Shown one piece after another: positions 53,601-62,698 of a stretch of DNA of 64,000 nucleotides. The notes beneath the pieces were generated by a model. The model saw only the letters and a list, made by a program, of their open reading frames with translations. It searched no databases and was not told where the DNA came from. Source of the stretch: Polyangiales bacterium (GTDB taxonomy: Bacteria > Myxococcota_A > Polyangia > Polyangiales > Ga0077539); contig JBGARZ010000002.1 in the NCBI GenBank assembly GCA_044229975.1, positions 416,001 to 480,000 on the forward strand. Direction: 5' to 3'. Numbering within the stretch: the stretch's first letter is position 1; every line of letters begins with the position of its first letter. Position numbers and translations under genes: made by a program.

Positions 53601-55374
53601 CCTCCTTGCGTGGTCGGAGGCGGCAGCGGAGCTCACGGGCGATCGGGCCCGCGCCGACTCGATGCGCGCGCGGCGACGTCACCGGGTGGACGCCCTGGCC
53701 GCGACGCTGCCCGATGCGATGGCGGACTGCTTCCGTCGGCGACACGCGCCCTCCGCGCGAGCCGAGGCGGTCGAGCGCGGCGTGAGCGCGACGGACGACG
53801 CGCGCTGGCGCTGGATGCTCTCGGTGGTGCAGCGCATCCACGCCGAGCCGAAGCTCCAGCCGCTGCTCGACCGGGTGATGGACGCGATCATCGAGCTCAC
53901 CGGGGCGTCGCGGGGGTTCTTGTTGTTGCGCGAGGCGGACGGGACGCTGAAGGTGCGCAACGCGCGCAACCTCGGGGCGCGCGACCTCGTGGGCGACGAG
54001 GCCGTGGTGTCACGGTCCATCGCGGAGCGCGTGGCCAACACGGGCGAGGCGCTGGTCACCGTCGACGCCGCGACCGACCACCGCTTCGACGCTACGCAGA
54101 GCGTCGTCGGGTTGCGCCTGCGCTCGGTGCTCGCGGTTCCGCTGCGGGTGCACGGCGAGGTCGTCGGAACCATCTACGTCGACGATCGTCTCCGCGCGGG
54201 TGCCTTCGACGAGCGGGCGCAGTCGCTCGCCGGAGCCTTCGCGGACGCTGCCGCGGTGGCCATCGACAACGCGCGCTCGCGCTCGGAGCTGCGCCGCGCC
54301 CTGCGTCGCTCGGAGCGCCTCGCCGATGAGCTCGAACGCGCCGTCGCGAAGCAGCGCGCCGAGCTGGAGACCGCGCGCAAGGCGGTCGACCCGGCAGCGA
54401 CGCGAGGTCACTACGAGCCTCTGGTGGGGCGCGGTGATGCGATGCGCCGGATGCTCTCGCTGCTCGACCGCGTCGCGCCGACGCCCATGCCGGTGCTTCT
54501 GCAAGGAGAGTCGGGCACCGGGAAGGAGCTCGTCGCGCGGGCGCTCCATGACAACAGCCCGCGGGCGGCGCGGCCCTTCGTGGCCGAGAACTGCGGCGCC
54601 ATCCCCGAGACCCTGCTGGAGAGCACGTTGTTCGGGCACGTTCGCGGGGCGTTTACCGGCGCCGACAGGCCGCGCGCCGGGCTCTTCGAGGCGGCCGACG
54701 GAGGGACGCTCTTCCTCGACGAGATCGGCGAGATGTCGCCCGGGATGCAGTCGCGGCTCCTGCGCGTGTTGCAGGAGGGCGAGGTGCGCGCGGTGGGCAG
54801 CGAGCGTGTGCGCAAGGTCGACGTGCGCTTGATCGCGGCGACGCACCGCGACCTCCAGGAGATGGTCGCGCGCGGCACCTTCCGCGAGGACCTCTACTAT
54901 CGCCTCGCGGTGATCGTGGTGCGGGTGCCGGCGTTGCGTGATCGGCGGGAGGACATCCCCGAGCTCGTGGCGCACTTCCTCCAGCGCTCGGCGCGGCGCG
55001 AGGTGAGCGTCGACCGGGCGGCGCTCGCGGCCCTCTGCGCGGCCCCGTGGCCGGGCAACGTGCGGCAGCTCCAGAACGAGGTGCTGCGCGCGGCCGTGCT
55101 GTCCGAGGACGTGATTCGCGCCGAGCACCTGACCGTCGGCGTGAGCTCGCCGGAGCCGCGCGCTGCCCCGACCGGGCACTCGGGCCTCGACCTGCGCAAC
55201 GCGGTGGAGGACGTCGAGCGCGCCATGGTGCTGCGAGCGCTCGCGTCGCACGGCGGCAACCAGACCCGCGCCGCGAAGACGCTGGGCCTGTCGCGCTTCG
55301 GGTTGCAGAAGAAGTTGAGGCGGTTGGGAATCTCCGCGCGGGATGTCAGCGCGGAGGCGGAGCGGAAGAGCTGA
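50695..55374 (+). CDS. Ser/Thr kinase - degenerate P-loop - TPR-like - GAF - sigma54 AAA+ - Fis HTH fusion
   Basis: LGSGTEG, AVKV, HGDVKPAN, DLG, FMSPE; GPEGSGR; SVLAVPL...GTIYVD (GAF); GESGTGKE, GAFTGA, FREDLYYRL, GGNQTRAAKTLGLSR. GTG at 50695 with AAGGA upstream is the preferred start. Confidence 0.9.
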   Translation: METLGPGSILVGRYELQRRLGSGTEGSVWKARDLHGDGIPCAVKVQATALDPALARLLLSLDHPHVARTRDLGALPGGGSFVVMELVEGVALDAVDDVGGVVRAGASVAGALEFLHGAGVVHGDVKPANIVVRGDSAVLVDLGIARSSGDAREGSSGSLAFMSPEALFGAATPARDLYALGVSLVVALGKGHPWVEDPTDARAVLASLVRPAGTIRARVFDRVPAPLRTVLASAVAHDPADRPSSAGAFLRRWRLDSAEWLPATVVDAAWTTDDETIPAAPRWRGGDAAARHVAEQLGRAATGDSAGVVIVGPEGSGRRRLLEDAVRLARTDAAARGEVLARRDATPTSCERPTAFVMVDASAATLRLAADVVERSRRYGEAHPMVLVATSMEAVDDARLVVVERAALSTDALAALLGDLHRAPVAAAVVRRWAEATGGWSGRVVGLSRELGPTAITTAALPMRASTPGAPAPVGLGDDALRLLRRLALARDAVPREALHGDTALATLEARGLVVSERGGVRATAAAGRPEPGDGPAVGALAERLSALGAHGAAARMFAWGGDRARASAATRLALSDPEGSTDEQIGLLREAHAWVEPAWLHATWMAAALCRAGRHAEARAWTEGAGTPAAVLLHGEVLLRAGDREGARRWAEAHRSLAGDVGVAGRVLEHRAALDRGEPPSADELGVTFAEATRPGGDELLAARVLELATLSALGRDERDGAKGFCDAWAQRLGVHAARDPRLAGVRGLLAQRSGDLVGAAAAYRRAWESASRDGDARAAATYLMNLGAASLESGALGEAYRAMRRSASLFAAEGNGASLARALANVASLSIWIGANEESASLIARARRAAEEAGDVLTARWVDALEAEASGDASRSPTYADAVATLGAPVLAAELRARWALGAIDAGSLDEAAAALGVAGADDGAMTSLARFALAVRGHPRFGAPEAAEVRARRGVEADPSVEHELLLLAWSEAAAELTGDRARADSMRARRRHRVDALAATLPDAMADCFRRRHAPSARAEAVERGVSATDDARWRWMLSVVQRIHAEPKLQPLLDRVMDAIIELTGASRGFLLLREADGTLKVRNARNLGARDLVGDEAVVSRSIAERVANTGEALVTVDAATDHRFDATQSVVGLRLRSVLAVPLRVHGEVVGTIYVDDRLRAGAFDERAQSLAGAFADAAAVAIDNARSRSELRRALRRSERLADELERAVAKQRAELETARKAVDPAATRGHYEPLVGRGDAMRRMLSLLDRVAPTPMPVLLQGESGTGKELVARALHDNSPRAARPFVAENCGAIPETLLESTLFGHVRGAFTGADRPRAGLFEAADGGTLFLDEIGEMSPGMQSRLLRVLQEGEVRAVGSERVRKVDVRLIAATHRDLQEMVARGTFREDLYYRLAVIVVRVPALRDRREDIPELVAHFLQRSARREVSVDRAALAALCAAPWPGNVRQLQNEVLRAAVLSEDVIRAEHLTVGVSSPEPRAAPTGHSGLDLRNAVEDVERAMVLRALASHGGNQTRAAKTLGLSRFGLQKKLRRLGISARDVSAEAERKS

Positions 55375-55977
55375 TCAGACCGCGGCGCCGACCTGCTTGA
55401 AGCGGCCGCCGAGGACGTCCCAGTTGAGGCCGCCGAGGATCGACTCGACGTACTTCGCCTTGCCCGTCTGGTAGTCGAAGAAGTAGGCGTGCTCCCAGGC
55501 GTCGAAGGCCGCCATGACGTGCACGTTGGCGAAGAGGCCCACGTGGTGCTCGCCGTTGACGAGGTTGTTGATGAGCTTCTTCGAGTCGTAGTCGTAGCAG
55601 AGCAGGGTCCAGCCGTGCGCGCTCATGAGGCAGGCCTTGGTGTCGGCGATCCACGCGTCGAAGCTGCCGAAGGAGTTGGCGATGAAGTCCTTGGCGCCCG
55701 CGCTCGGCGCGGTGGAGCCGTCGCCCAGGCCCTCGAAGTACATCTCGTGGAGCACGGTGCCGTTGAAGGCGACGGGCTCGCGGCGGCGCAGCTCGGAGTA
55801 CTCGTTGAAGCTGTAGTTGGGGGTGCTGCGGTCGGCCGCGGCGAGCTTCGTGGTGATCTCGTTGAGCTTGGTGACGTAGCCCTTGTAGAGCGTGAAGTGG
55901 GCCTGGAGCTGGGCGTCGGAGAGGCCCTTGGCCTTGCCGCCGAGGAGGTGATCGAAGTTCTTGGGTTCGCGTGCCAT
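55375..55977 (-). CDS. sod: Fe/Mn superoxide dismutase family protein
   Basis: QAHFTLYKGYV, NGTVLHEMYF, FGSFDAW, DAWEHAY metal ligands; AGGAG RBS; start MAREPKN. Confidence 0.92.
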   Translation of the reverse strand: MAREPKNFDHLLGGKAKGLSDAQLQAHFTLYKGYVTKLNEITTKLAAADRSTPNYSFNEYSELRRREPVAFNGTVLHEMYFEGLGDGSTAPSAGAKDFIANSFGSFDAWIADTKACLMSAHGWTLLCYDYDSKKLINNLVNGEHHVGLFANVHVMAAFDAWEHAYFFDYQTGKAKYVESILGGLNWDVLGGRFKQVGAAV

Positions 55978-56124
55978 GGTACTGGGCTCCTGGAAGGGGA
56001 TTGCGTGACGGCCTGCGCCGACGCCGACGCAAGGCCGAACGTGGTTACCGCCGAGGCCCACGTCGCGCAATAGCTGGAGCCGGACCGCCGCGACGTCGAC
56101 GGGGAAAGCCGCGCTTGCGATAGG

Positions 56125-57459
56125 ATGCCAGCCATCGTGCCCGGCCATCGAACCGCCCTCCTCCTCGCCTCCCTCCTCGCGGCGTGCAGCCGCACCCCCT
56201 CGCCGAGCCCATCGCCCGACGCTGCGACCGATGCGCCCGCCAACTCCGACGCGCCCGCCAGCCCCGACGCCGCGACCGACGCTGGAGCGGACGTTGCGCC
56301 GGTGCCCTACGACGCCGGGCCGCCGCCTGCGTGCGAGGGCGAGTCCGTCGTGCGCTCCATCGCGACGTCGACGGAGGGCCACCAGGACGGCGAAGTGTCG
56401 GGGCTGGTCGCGTACCGCGGCGGCTTCTTGAGCTTGTGGCGCGAGAGCGCGCTTCGCACGGGCGCGACCCCCGACGGAGGCGTCGCCGCGCGCGATCAGA
56501 TCACCCTCCTCGCCGTCGACCCCAACGGCGCGGCGCAGCGCCCTCCGACGGTGGTCCGCAACACCGCGGGCAGCCGCGTCGACCTGTCGAGCCCGACGCT
56601 TACGCCCGCCCTCGCCGGGGCGATGGTGCTCTTCCGCGAGAGCGTCGGCTTCCCGGGCGACGCCGACTTCAGCACGCGCGTGGCGTCGGCCGTCATCGAC
56701 GCGAGCGGCGCCCCGGCGGCCCCGACGGTCATCGCGCCCAACTACAGCGACCCCATCGCGACGGGCATCACCGCGGGCATCACCGTCGCCCTCTCGTCGC
56801 GCGTCGTCGAGGTGCTCGACGGCGGCGTGGTGGTGGCCTCGCCCGGCGTGCTCCGCGTGCGCACCGACGGGCCGCTCGTCGCACCGCCCACGGACATCAC
56901 GCTGTTCATCCCGGCCGTCGCCGAAAACGTCGTGCTGCGCCCGGACGGCGAAGGCGCGGCGGCGATCTTCCGGCTGGGCTCCGACGTGCGCGTGGTGCGC
57001 TTCGAGCGCAACGGACTCGTCGACAGCTCCGGCGCGCGGGTCACCCGCAACCTGCTCATTCCGCGCATCGACGACGGCGCCGTGCTCTCCGACGCGGTCG
57101 TCGTGGCGTGGAGCGAGGAGCTCAACGGCGAGGCGTCCATCTCGACGGCCGTGATCGGCCTCGACGGGACGCTCCGCGCGCGCCGGGTGATCGATCACTT
57201 CCCGGGCGAGCCGCCTCCCGTGACGGTGGTTCCGACCCACGGCGGCGCGACGGCGCTGTGGCTGCGCGCCGACGGAACGCTGCGCGGCGCGACGGTGCAG
57301 CCCGACGGGCTGGCGCGCGCGGCCTTCGACGGGCCGCGGGTCGAGGGCGCCGCGGGGCGCATCGTCGCGCTCGGCAACGGGCGTCGCGTGACAGCCGTCG
57401 TGCAGACCGGGCCGCGCGGTCGGCGGGCGGTCGGGTTTACGAGGTTCTGTATCCCGTGA
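56125..57459 (+). CDS. Hypothetical lipoprotein, beta-rich (propeller-like)
   Basis: Lipobox LAAC; DA-rich linker; repeated beta-strand patterns. Confidence 0.75.
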   Translation: MPAIVPGHRTALLLASLLAACSRTPSPSPSPDAATDAPANSDAPASPDAATDAGADVAPVPYDAGPPPACEGESVVRSIATSTEGHQDGEVSGLVAYRGGFLSLWRESALRTGATPDGGVAARDQITLLAVDPNGAAQRPPTVVRNTAGSRVDLSSPTLTPALAGAMVLFRESVGFPGDADFSTRVASAVIDASGAPAAPTVIAPNYSDPIATGITAGITVALSSRVVEVLDGGVVVASPGVLRVRTDGPLVAPPTDITLFIPAVAENVVLRPDGEGAAAIFRLGSDVRVVRFERNGLVDSSGARVTRNLLIPRIDDGAVLSDAVVVAWSEELNGEASISTAVIGLDGTLRARRVIDHFPGEPPPVTVVPTHGGATALWLRADGTLRGATVQPDGLARAAFDGPRVEGAAGRIVALGNGRRVTAVVQTGPRGRRAVGFTRFCIP

Positions 57460-57462
57460 GCG

Positions 57463-59268
57463 TCAGCGGGCGGGGCGCCGCTCGATGACGTAGAGCTGCG
57501 TCCCGACGAGGCCCGCGATGACCGCGCCGTCGTCGGTGATGATGAGGTCGCGGAGCTGCGCGGTGCGCCCTTCGAGGCCCTCAACCGCGCGGAGCTTCCA
57601 CCCGGTGGCGCCGCGCACCCAGACGCCGTTGAGGCCGGGTAGCACCGCCCACGCGCCGTTGACGCTGACGGGCCCGCCCGGGCTGAAGCCAGGGCCCAAC
57701 CGCTGCGAGAGCAGGACCGGCGTCGCCTGCGCGGCGCCCACCCACCAGAGCCTCCCCTCGATGGAGACGAGCGCCCGGTCACGAACGGCGCCCATGACCT
57801 GCGTCGACGGAGGACCGAGCGTTCGCATCGCTTCGGGGTTGGTGGCGCAGGCGGCGGAGAGATCGGCCGAGGGGGCGAGCCGAACGGGCCAACGGGTGAG
57901 TCCAGCGGGTGTGGTGGTGACGCTGCTCGCGAGGGGCTCGCAGGGTTGTGCTGGGTCACACAGGAGGACGTTGACGCCGTCACAGCGAGACGCGACGCCG
58001 ACGAGCGCTCCGCCGCCCGCGACGTTGGCGAGCAGGTCGCGCGTCGTGCCCGCGGTGCCCACGACGAAGGCGAGCGACACGAGGTCGACACGCCCGCCCT
58101 GGAGGCCGCGCACCATCACCGCAGGCGGGCGCAGCGGGAGGTCGAAGGCGAGCGAGCCCACGCGGGCCGGGGCCGTGGCGTCGAGGGACATGCCAACGAA
58201 GGGACCGGGGCGCGCGCGCCAGGTGCGCTCGGTCACCACACCGCCTCGCAGCGCGCTCTCCATCTCGGTCCAACGCGACGCGTGTTCGGGGACCGCAGCG
58301 AGCGTACGGGCCGCCTGCTCCGCCGCGGGAAAGTCACCTAGCGCCATCATCGCGGCGAAGCGGATACGCCCTCGATCAACGACTCCGCCGACCGCGCCGC
58401 ACGACACGCCGCGCGCGCCGTCGATGAGCACCCGCGCGGTGCCCTCTTCCGTGCAGAGTGCGCGACGCAACGTCGCGAGGGTCACCTCCGCCTCCAACGC
58501 CGAGGCAACGGGGGCCGGGCGTCGCCCCGATGGCAACGCTGCGGTCAACGACTCGGTGAGCGACTGCGCGGGCTCGACGACGTCGCGTGCGAGCCGACCG
58601 CCGCGGTCGACGAACACGAGCCGCGCCACCGGTCCGCGCGTGGCGTCCGCGCGACGCAACGCGAGGCGGAGCTCGTCGGCGCCGTCCTGGTCGCGGTCTT
58701 CGGCCGTGACGTCGGCGGAGACATCCGCGACGCCTGCAGCCGTGGGCTCGACGACCACGAGGCTGCGGGCCCTCGGAGCATCACCGCGCGAGACCCAGCG
58801 AGCCTCGACGCGTGCACCGCAACGAGCCGTGACCACCACCGAGTTGGGTGACGTCGCCCGCAGCGAGGCCGACACGCAGCCCGCGATCGTGGGCGCCGTC
58901 CCCGCGATCACCTCGCGGCGCAGCGAGCCGCCCTCGACGACCACGCGCAGGGTGTCGAGCGCCTCGCCGGCCGCGCCGACGCGGTAGATCCAGGTCTCGG
59001 CGATACCGTCTCGCACGGGCAACGCGAGCGATGCGACGAAGCGCTCGGTGGCCTCGGCGTTGAGGGTGAGCGTGCCGATGGTGAGCGTTCGCCCTTCGCC
59101 CGGAACCTGCGCCGACGCCACCACCGCAAACGCCGGGACATCCACCGGAGGAACGTCGACCCGCGGCGGCTCGGGCCGTACACCGCTCTCGAAGTCCACG
59201 CGCGGCGGCGAGCGTTGGCACTTCGACGCGAGCAGCGCCGCGAGCAGCCCGACGACCGGGCCCTTCAC
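57463..59268 (-). CDS. Hypothetical exported or lipoprotein
   Basis: GTG start overlapping the rnr stop (GTGA); signal-like VVGLLAALLASKC; DRDQDGADEL Ca-loop-like motif. Confidence 0.65.
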   Translation of the reverse strand: MKGPVVGLLAALLASKCQRSPPRVDFESGVRPEPPRVDVPPVDVPAFAVVASAQVPGEGRTLTIGTLTLNAEATERFVASLALPVRDGIAETWIYRVGAAGEALDTLRVVVEGGSLRREVIAGTAPTIAGCVSASLRATSPNSVVVTARCGARVEARWVSRGDAPRARSLVVVEPTAAGVADVSADVTAEDRDQDGADELRLALRRADATRGPVARLVFVDRGGRLARDVVEPAQSLTESLTAALPSGRRPAPVASALEAEVTLATLRRALCTEEGTARVLIDGARGVSCGAVGGVVDRGRIRFAAMMALGDFPAAEQAARTLAAVPEHASRWTEMESALRGGVVTERTWRARPGPFVGMSLDATAPARVGSLAFDLPLRPPAVMVRGLQGGRVDLVSLAFVVGTAGTTRDLLANVAGGGALVGVASRCDGVNVLLCDPAQPCEPLASSVTTTPAGLTRWPVRLAPSADLSAACATNPEAMRTLGPPSTQVMGAVRDRALVSIEGRLWWVGAAQATPVLLSQRLGPGFSPGGPVSVNGAWAVLPGLNGVWVRGATGWKLRAVEGLEGRTAQLRDLIITDDGAVIAGLVGTQLYVIERRPAR

Positions 59269-61493
59269 CGCTTGCGCCCGCGCTTCTGCACCGTCGGCCG
59301 CACCGGCTTGCCCTTGCCCTTGCCCTTGCCCTTCTTCTCGGCGGGCGCGCGACGGATGAGCTCCCTCGCCGCGTCGGCCAGCCGCAAGAACACCGTGCGA
59401 CGAGCGAGCGACACGTCCGCGATCTCGACGGCGAGCTGGTCGCCCACCTGGAAGATCATGCCGGTGCGGCTCGATCGTAGCCGCAGCCCGAGCTCGTCGG
59501 GCTCCCACGCGCCACTCGCGACCGACTCCAGCGGGAGCATCCCCGTGAGAAACGGATCATCGAGGTCGAGGTACACGCCCGTGCTGCCGAATCCGACCAC
59601 CGTCGCGACGTGGATCTCTTGCAGGTGCAGGCGCGCGACCTCGCAGCGGTAGAGGTCGAGCACCTCGCGTTCGACGTCGACGGCGCGGCGTTCGAGGCGC
59701 GAGCAGTCGGCCGCGAGGGCGCTGAGGCCGTCGGTGTTGGTGCGCTTCGAGGGGTCGCGCAGCCAGCGGCGCACCTCGCGGTGCACGAGGAGATCGGGGT
59801 ACCGACGGATGGGCGACGTGAAGTGGAGATACGCGGCCGCGGCGAGGCCGTGGTGGCCGGTGTTGTGTTCGCTGTACCGGGCCTGCGGCATCGCGCGCAG
59901 CAGCAGCATGCCCAGCACCCGCGCCTCGGGCGTGCCCTTCAGCGACCGCAAGAACTCCGACAGCCGACGCGGCGTCACCTCCTCCTCGTCGTCGAGCGGC
60001 CGACCCATGGCCCGCGCCGCCGCGAGAAACCTCAAGAACGCATCGCCCTGCGGCCCACCGTGGACGCGGTATACGGCCGCGAGGCCCTCGCGCACGCAGA
60101 CCTCGGCGACCACCTCGTTGGCGAGGAGCATCAGGTCTTCGATGAGCGCATACGCACGCCGCACACCGGGGTCGCGCTTGCTCTGCACGATGTTGACGGG
60201 CGAGACGCCGTCCTCGCCGAAGCGCACGCGCCCCTCCGGGAGGTCGAAGTCCATCGCCCCGCGGCGCATGCGGCGCGCGCGCAGCGTGGAGGAGCACTCG
60301 TCGGCGGTGAGCACCGTCGCTCGCATCGCGTCGGTGAGCGGCGCGGCGGGCACAGCGTCGGTCCACCCGAGGGCGGCGGCGACGCCTCCGTAGGTGAGCC
60401 GCGCGTGGGAGCGCATCACGGCCTCGACGATGCGCGCTTCGGTGACCGTTCCGTCGCGGGTGAGCGTGGCCTCGACGGCGAGCGCGAGGCGGTCTTCGTT
60501 GGGGAGCAGCGACGCGATGCGACCGGAGATCTCCTGCGGCAGCATCGAGATCGCCCGATCGGGCAGGTACACGCTCGTGCCGCGCTCGGCCGCGTGGCGA
60601 TCGAGCGCGGTGCCGAGCGGAACGTAGTGGGAGACGTCGGCGATGGCGACGGTGACGTCCCAGCCGCCGTCGGGCCTCGCGGCGACGTACACCGCATCGT
60701 CGTGGTCGCGCGCGTCATCGGGGTCGATGGTGACTAGCGGTCGATCGCGCAGGTCGACGCGGCCGACGATCTCGTCGGGCGTCACAGCGTCGGGCAACCG
60801 CGCCACCTCATCGAGCACGTCCTGCTCGATGGGCGCCTCGATGCCCTCGCGCACGGTCACCTTGCGCACCTCGGTGGCCAGCGCGCCGGGCTCGCCGAGC
60901 ACCTCGGTCACACGACCCATCGGCACCTCGCCGACCTGCACGGGCCAGCGTTCGATGGTCGCCACCACCGACTCGCCGTCGCGGCCGAGCGCGTCCCCTT
61001 CGATGACGATGGGGCCGCGGATGCGTGCGTCGTCGGGCTCCAGCCACGATCCCTTGGGGCGCGCGCGCAGCACGCCAGGGATGGTGGCCGAGCGTCGCTT
61101 GAGCACCGCGGTGATGGCGCCTTCGCGCCCGCGGTCGCCCGCTCGGGCCACGGCCTCGACGAGGTCGCCGTGCATGGCGCCGAGCACCCCGTTGGGCGCG
61201 ATGAAGACGTCGCCTGCGCCGTCGTTGGCCTCGACAAAGGCGAAGCCTCGCGGGTTCTGGATGAAGCGCCCCTCGACGCGCGCGCCCTGGTCACGCGGCA
61301 GCCGGTAGCGACCGCCCGGCATCGCGACGACGAGGCTGCGCTCGGCGAGCCGGTCGAGCGCTTCGGTGACCGCGCGCCGCGCCGTGGGCGCTTCTTGAAG
61401 CGCCGACAGCACCTCCATCACATGGAGGGGACGCGTCGACTGCGCCTGAAACACCTGAAGCAACCTGTTGTCGTCGAGAGACTTTCGAGCCAT
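59265..61493 (-). CDS. rnr: Ribonuclease R
   Basis: CSD (RGFAFV...DVFI...AMHGD), TIDPDDARDHDDA, AIADVSHYV, HFTSPIRRYPDL, S1 domain, Lys/Arg tail. Confidence 0.95.
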   Translation of the reverse strand: MARKSLDDNRLLQVFQAQSTRPLHVMEVLSALQEAPTARRAVTEALDRLAERSLVVAMPGGRYRLPRDQGARVEGRFIQNPRGFAFVEANDGAGDVFIAPNGVLGAMHGDLVEAVARAGDRGREGAITAVLKRRSATIPGVLRARPKGSWLEPDDARIRGPIVIEGDALGRDGESVVATIERWPVQVGEVPMGRVTEVLGEPGALATEVRKVTVREGIEAPIEQDVLDEVARLPDAVTPDEIVGRVDLRDRPLVTIDPDDARDHDDAVYVAARPDGGWDVTVAIADVSHYVPLGTALDRHAAERGTSVYLPDRAISMLPQEISGRIASLLPNEDRLALAVEATLTRDGTVTEARIVEAVMRSHARLTYGGVAAALGWTDAVPAAPLTDAMRATVLTADECSSTLRARRMRRGAMDFDLPEGRVRFGEDGVSPVNIVQSKRDPGVRRAYALIEDLMLLANEVVAEVCVREGLAAVYRVHGGPQGDAFLRFLAAARAMGRPLDDEEEVTPRRLSEFLRSLKGTPEARVLGMLLLRAMPQARYSEHNTGHHGLAAAAYLHFTSPIRRYPDLLVHREVRRWLRDPSKRTNTDGLSALAADCSRLERRAVDVEREVLDLYRCEVARLHLQEIHVATVVGFGSTGVYLDLDDPFLTGMLPLESVASGAWEPDELGLRLRSSRTGMIFQVGDQLAVEIADVSLARRTVFLRLADAARELIRRAPAEKKGKGKGKGKPVRPTVQKRGRKR

Positions 61494-61540
61494 CGCGCGC
61501 ACTGTCTACGCGCGGGGGAGCGCCGGTCAAGGCGAGCGGA

Positions 61541-62698
61541 CTAGGGCGTTCCGGCGATGGCGTGCAGCGCGCTGTCGTCGGCGCCGACCACGAGGAGGCC
61601 GTCGGCGATGATCCGCGGCGAGCTGTCGACATCGGCGCCGAGCGTCACGCGCCACGCCTCCGTGTTGTCGGGCGCGATGGCGTGCACCTGGTCGTCCTCG
61701 CTCCCGACGTAGGCCCAGCCGTCGCGGTCGAAGCACGCGCGCGATCGCACCGGGCCGCTCGTCGCGATGCGGAAGACGACCGTTCCGTCGGCGGGTCGGA
61801 GGCCGTAGATGCGACCGTCCTCGGCGCCCACCACGATGACGCCATCAGCTCGTAGCGCGGGCGTCGCCCGAGCGCCGAGACGACGCGCGGCCCCCTCGGT
61901 CGCGAAGCTCCACCGTGCAGCGCCGTCGGCGTTGAAGCAGCGGATGGTTCCGTCGCTCACGCCCACCACGAACGCTCCGTCGTCGAGGCCCAGCGGCCCG
62001 CCGTACAAGAACCCGCCGACCTCGACGCGACGCACGAGGCGACCGTCCGCGGCGTCGACGACCGCGACGCTGCCGCGCATCTCGGGGACGAGCACCTCGG
62101 TGCCCGTGCCGCGGGCGATGGGGCCGAAGACGTGACCCGCGAGCGCGGTGGTCCAACGGAGCTGACCCGCCCGAGAGAACGCGCGCAGGTCACCCGACGC
62201 CACGAGGGTGTCCCCCTCCGCGGTGGCAAACACCGGCGCGTCCATGTCCTGCGGAAGCTCGGCGCGCCAACGCTCCACTCCGCGGCCGTCGATCGCGACC
62301 ACCTCGCGGGCGTCGCTGCCGATGATCGTGAGATCTCCCACGCTCGCGGGCGACGAGAACACCCGCGCCGCGCGTCGGTGGGCCCATCGCACGACGCCCC
62401 CCTGATCGACGGCCTGCACGCTCCCGTCGAGGGAGCCGAACACCGCGTAGCCCTCGCGGGTCAGCGCGGGCGACGAGAACACCCGGCGCCCCGTGCGAAC
62501 CCTCCAACGAACCACCGGGTCACGGTGCGGTCCCCGCAGCGGGGCTCCATCGACGCCCGCGGCGGGCGCGGCGAAGGTCGAGAGGAAGAGAGGGACGCGT
62601 CGGCGCGCGGGCACGTCACGAGCGGGCAGCGGGCGCACGTTGCCCACCCCCGAGAGGCAGAGGGCTGCGACCAACGCTCCGACGCGCCACCGAGCCAT
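61541..62698 (-). CDS. PQQ-like/BamB-like beta-propeller repeat protein
   Basis: Repeated W...V.SSP...GSxDG units; N-terminal hydrophobic segment. Confidence 0.88.
   Translation of the reverse strand: MARWRVGALVAALCLSGVGNVRPLPARDVPARRRVPLFLSTFAAPAAGVDGAPLRGPHRDPVVRWRVRTGRRVFSSPALTREGYAVFGSLDGSVQAVDQGGVVRWAHRRAARVFSSPASVGDLTIIGSDAREVVAIDGRGVERWRAELPQDMDAPVFATAEGDTLVASGDLRAFSRAGQLRWTTALAGHVFGPIARGTGTEVLVPEMRGSVAVVDAADGRLVRRVEVGGFLYGGPLGLDDGAFVVGVSDGTIRCFNADGAARWSFATEGAARRLGARATPALRADGVIVVGAEDGRIYGLRPADGTVVFRIATSGPVRSRACFDRDGWAYVGSEDDQVHAIAPDNTEAWRVTLGADVDSSPRIIADGLLVVGADDSALHAIAGTP

Noticed and set aside
55978..57240. Long N-terminal extension of the SOD ORF given in the track
   Set aside because: It is the antisense shadow of the lipoprotein at 56125..57459; RBS and family length support a start at 55977.
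61503..61530. Possible sigma70 promoter for rnr (TTGACC-N16-TAGACA, minus strand)
   Set aside because: Weak -10 and short spacing; not enough support to list as a feature.
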